Positions 58,713-64,000 of a stretch of DNA of 64,000 nucleotides are shown piece after piece. Origin of the DNA: an uncultured Stakelama sp. (GTDB lineage Bacteria > Pseudomonadota > Alphaproteobacteria > Sphingomonadales > Sphingomonadaceae); the NCBI GenBank assembly GCA_964407945.1, contig CAYOXO010000006.1, forward strand, positions 3-64,002, in the 5' to 3' direction. The notes below the pieces were generated by a model that did no database searches, was not told the origin of the DNA, and saw only the letters and a list, made by a program, of their open reading frames with translations. Every line of letters begins with the position of its first letter. The stretch's first letter is position 1. The translations under genes were made by a program, and so were the position numbers.

Positions 58713-59955
58713 GATCAACTTCGACGGGCTGATCGGCCCCAGCCATAATTATGCGGGCCTCAGCCCCGGCAATCTCGCCGCGACCCGCAACAGTGGTGCG
58801 GTCTCACAGCCTCGCGCTGCCGCGCTTCAGGGCATCGCCAAGATGCGCGCCAATCTGGCGCTCGGGCTGACCCAGGGCATCCTGTTGCCCCACGCCCGGC
58901 CCGACCATCACTGGCTGGAGTCGCTCGCGACCAGCTACGCCGATGCCGCGCCGCATCTTCAGGCGCAGGCGCTGTCGGCTTCGTCGATGTGGGCCGCCAA
59001 TGCCGCGACCGTCTCCCCGGCACCCGATACTACGGATGGCCGCTGCCACTTGACCGTCGCCAACCTCGTGACGATGCCGCACCGCAGCCATGAATGGCCC
59101 GGCACGCTGGCGCAGCTCCGTCTCGCCTTCGCCAACGACGCCTTCCGCGTCCACGGCCCCGTCCCCGCCCCCTTCGGCGACGAGGGTGCTGCCAACCACA
59201 TGCGCCTCTGCGCCGAACATGATGCCCCCGGCGTCGAAATCTTCGTCTATGGCGTATCCGGCGGCCCCTTCCCCGCCCGCCAGCACCGCGAGGCCAGCGA
59301 AGCGGTCGCCCGCCGCCACAGCCTTGATCCCGCCCGCACATTGTTCGTCCAGCAGTCGGAAGAGGCGATCGCCGCCGGCGCCTTCCACAACGATGTCGTC
59401 GCGGTCGCCAACGGCCACGTGCTCTTCGCTCATGAACAGGCCTTCGCGGACAAGCAGGGCTTCTACGCCGACCTGCGCCGCCTGATGCCCGAGGTCGAGA
59501 TCGTCGAGGTGCCCGCCTCCGCCGTCAGCCTCGCCGACGCCATCTCGTCCTATCTCTTCAATGCCCAGCTGGTGACCCTGCCTTCGGGCGAGACCGCGCT
59601 GATCCTCCCGACCGAGGCGCGCGACACGCCGAGCGTATGGACCTGGCTCCAGGCGCATGTCGCGGGCAACGGTCCGATCCGGCACCTCGAAGTGGTCGAT
59701 GTCCGCCAGTCGATGGCCAATGGCGGCGGCCCCGCCTGCCTGCGCCTGCGCGTCGTCGCCGATCCGGCGACGGTCGATCCGCGTTTCCTCGTCGATGATG
59801 CAAAGCTCGATCGTATCGCCGCGCTGGTCGAGGCGCATTGGCCCGAAACAATCGGGCAGGACGAGATCGGCGATCCGGCGCTGATCGCCCGGATCGAAAC
59901 CGCTCGGGCCGCACTGTTCGACCTGCTCGGCACTGTCGAGTTAATTGACAGCTAA
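58699..59955 (+). CDS. astB: N-succinylarginine dihydrolase
   Basis: EINFDGLIGPSHNYAGLS, SASSMWAANAATVSP, DEGAANH, AFHNDV, SMANGGGPACLRLRV. Confidence 0.95.
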   Translation: MPRVEINFDGLIGPSHNYAGLSPGNLAATRNSGAVSQPRAAALQGIAKMRANLALGLTQGILLPHARPDHHWLESLATSYADAAPHLQAQALSASSMWAANAATVSPAPDTTDGRCHLTVANLVTMPHRSHEWPGTLAQLRLAFANDAFRVHGPVPAPFGDEGAANHMRLCAEHDAPGVEIFVYGVSGGPFPARQHREASEAVARRHSLDPARTLFVQQSEEAIAAGAFHNDVVAVANGHVLFAHEQAFADKQGFYADLRRLMPEVEIVEVPASAVSLADAISSYLFNAQLVTLPSGETALILPTEARDTPSVWTWLQAHVAGNGPIRHLEVVDVRQSMANGGGPACLRLRVVADPATVDPRFLVDDAKLDRIAALVEAHWPETIGQDEIGDPALIARIETARAALFDLLGTVELIDS

Positions 59956-60019
59956 CCATATCCGTTGACGCGGAATCGCGGATTCCAGCCATTGGTCCGG
60001 TTCTTGCGTTAACGCGGGC

Positions 60020-60235
60020 ATGTTCGCACGCGTCAAACGGCTATTCACGATCAAGACCCGCTTCGAAGCCTTCATGGTGATCTACGCGCTCGGAGTAGGA
60101 GCGGTCGATCGCGGCTTGCACTATCTTGAGCAATATCCCGGTATGGGCGGCTGGATGCTCTTCGCTGCCTGCCCGATCGCGGTGTTCATGGCCGGCGCGC
60201 GAATCCTGGACTCGATCGACGCCGGCCTGGACTGA
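60020..60235 (+). CDS. Small two-TM hypothetical membrane protein
   Basis: 71-aa ORF filling the gap between astB and pccA; two hydrophobic segments. Confidence 0.65.
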   Translation: MFARVKRLFTIKTRFEAFMVIYALGVGAVDRGLHYLEQYPGMGGWMLFAACPIAVFMAGARILDSIDAGLD

Positions 60236-60236
60236 G

Positions 60237-62246
<2,010 letters not shown>

Positions 62247-62251
62247 CGGTT

Positions 62252-62491
62252 CTAGTCTCGCATGAACTTTTGAAAGTAGAATCTCAGGATCAGGACCGAT
62301 CCAGTAACCGTCCCTGGCACGACCAGAAAGTCAGCGATCATTACCGCGCGATATGTATCCGTGCTGGGATCCCAAAAACTCAGATACCAGGACGCCGCAA
62401 CAATCAGCGTGACCAGCGACAAGAACATGCCGAGCAGGAAGCAACCTATATAGCGCCAGCTTCTGGAAGCAGCTCCATCGGCGTAGCTCAC
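62252..62491 (-). CDS. Small hypothetical membrane protein
   Basis: 79 aa with two hydrophobic segments; GTGA overlap with the bioB stop; ends 5 bp before pccA. Confidence 0.55.
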   Translation of the reverse strand: MSYADGAASRSWRYIGCFLLGMFLSLVTLIVAASWYLSFWDPSTDTYRAVMIADFLVVPGTVTGSVLILRFYFQKFMRD

Positions 62492-63486
62492 TCCGCCGCC
62501 TCCAGCTCGACCTTCACCTCACCCTGCATCGGCCGCATGCCAAGGCGCGCGAACAGCGCCGCGTCCTTATCGTCGCCGGCATTGCCCGTGGTGAGCAGCT
62601 TGTCGCCGGTGAAGATCGAATTGGCGCCCGCCATGAAGCAAAGCGCCTGGGTTGAATCGCTCATGCTCTCGCGGCCTGCGGACAGGCGCACCATGCTTTC
62701 CGGCATCGTGATCCGCGCCACCGCGACGGTGCGCACGAACTCGATCTCGTCGATCTTCGCCAGCGGGGTGTCGGCCAGCATGTTGCCCAGCACCGTGCCC
62801 TTGACCGGCACCAGCGCGTTCACCGGCACGCTCTCGGGATGCTTGGGCAAGGTCGCGAGTGCATGGATAAAGCCCACCCGGTCGCCACGCGTCTCGCCCA
62901 TGCCGACGATCCCGCCGCAGCACACGTTGATCCCCGCCTCACGCACATGCTCGAGTGTGTCGAGGCGATCCTCGAAGGTTCGCGTGGTGATCACCTCGGC
63001 ATAGCGCTCGGGCGAGGTGTCGATATTGTGGTTGTAGTAATCCAGCCCGGCGTCGGCGAGCTGGGCCGCCTGCTTCTCGCTGAGCATGCCCAGCGTCATG
63101 CAGGTTTCCATGCCCATCTGGCGCACACCCTTCACCATCTCGACGATGGCGGGCATGTCGCGGTCCTTGGGGTTGCGCCACGCCGCACCCATGCAGAAAC
63201 GCGACGACCCATTGTCCTTGGCCTGCGCCGCCGCCTGCAGCACCGCGCGCACGTCCATCAGCTTGGTGGCCTTGAGACCCGTCTCGGCGCTGGTCGACTG
63301 GTTGCAATAGCCGCAGTCCTCGGGGCAGCCGCCGGTCTTGATCGAAAGCAAGGTCGAAAGCTGCACCTCGTCCGCCGCGAACCGCGCGCGATGCACCTGC
63401 GCCGCCTGGAACAGCAATTCGGGGAAAGGCAGATCGAAAAGGCCCGCAATTTCCTCGCGGGTCCAGTCGTTGCGTACGGCGGTCAT
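62488..63486 (-). CDS. bioB: Biotin synthase
   Basis: CPEDCGYC radical SAM motif, [29 protein letters not shown]. Confidence 0.97.
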   Translation of the reverse strand: MTAVRNDWTREEIAGLFDLPFPELLFQAAQVHRARFAADEVQLSTLLSIKTGGCPEDCGYCNQSTSAETGLKATKLMDVRAVLQAAAQAKDNGSSRFCMGAAWRNPKDRDMPAIVEMVKGVRQMGMETCMTLGMLSEKQAAQLADAGLDYYNHNIDTSPERYAEVITTRTFEDRLDTLEHVREAGINVCCGGIVGMGETRGDRVGFIHALATLPKHPESVPVNALVPVKGTVLGNMLADTPLAKIDEIEFVRTVAVARITMPESMVRLSAGRESMSDSTQALCFMAGANSIFTGDKLLTTGNAGDDKDAALFARLGMRPMQGEVKVELEAAE

Positions 63487-64000
63487 TCGGCGGCGTCCTC
63501 CTCGGGCGGCAAATTATGTCCGAGCAGCGTCAACACGTCTGCGGCGGCATTTACAAGGTTCGTTCCGGGTCCGAAGATCGCCTGGACCCCGGCATCGCGG
63601 AGAAACTGATAGTCCTGTGCCGGGATCACCCCGCCTGCGATCACCTTGATGTCGCCGCGGCCGGCATCTTTCAGATATCCGATCATCTGCGGGATCAGCG
63701 TCTTGTGGCCCGCCGCAAGGCTGGAGGCCCCGACAACATCGACATTCTCCGCGATCGCAAGCTCGGCGGCCTCTTGCGGGGTCTGGAACAACGGTCCGGG
63801 CACGACCTCGAAGCCCAGATCGCCGAACGCGGAAGAGACGAGGTTGGCGCCGCGGTCATGCCCGTCCTGCCCCATCTTGGCGACGAGCATGCGCGGCTTG
63901 CGCCCCAGCCGCCGTTCGGTCGCGGCAACGCCGTCCTTCAACCGCTCCCACCGCGCATCGTCGGAATAGGCGCCGCCATAGACGCCCGAGACGGGGGTCG
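63483..64000 (-). CDS. scpA: Methylmalonyl-CoA mutase, C-terminal B12-binding domain (5' part beyond window)
   Basis: [32 protein letters not shown]; the frame stays open to the window edge. Confidence 0.93.
   Translation of the reverse strand, partial: TPVSGVYGGAYSDDARWERLKDGVAATERRLGRKPRMLVAKMGQDGHDRGANLVSSAFGDLGFEVVPGPLFQTPQEAAELAIAENVDVVGASSLAAGHKTLIPQMIGYLKDAGRGDIKVIAGGVIPAQDYQFLRDAGVQAIFGPGTNLVNAAADVLTLLGHNLPPEEDAAE

Overview
High-GC alphaproteobacterial chromosomal window. Gene content and order point to a sphingomonad (inference). It is mostly core and housekeeping genes: REC-GGDEF-EAL signalling protein (partial), tRNA-Arg(ACG), leuA with a Leu-rich leader peptide, argJ, the divL-tsaE-amgK-murU-addB-addA-trxA cluster (interrupted by an SDR/AraC pair), ahcY, amn, asd, rppH, a MarR-EmrAB efflux operon, a partial arginine succinyltransferase cluster (M20 hydrolase-astA-astB), and mcm-bioB-pccA. 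There are four TonB-dependent receptors, one of them frameshifted, and three CGTC-type palindromic repeats. No transposase, integrase, prophage or CRISPR array was seen. The strongest candidate for an undescribed system is a TonB-dependent receptor translationally coupled to an uncharacterised putatively secreted protein, behind four 11-bp-phased Pho-box-like repeats (42883-46410). Other leads are a WYL regulator divergent from a putatively Tat-exported DUF1579-like protein, two tail-anchored proteins with EcfG-like promoters flanking amn, and readable regulatory motifs (LacI-like, SahR-like, CtrA-like, MarR). All family calls come from motif recognition by eye; no database searches were run.
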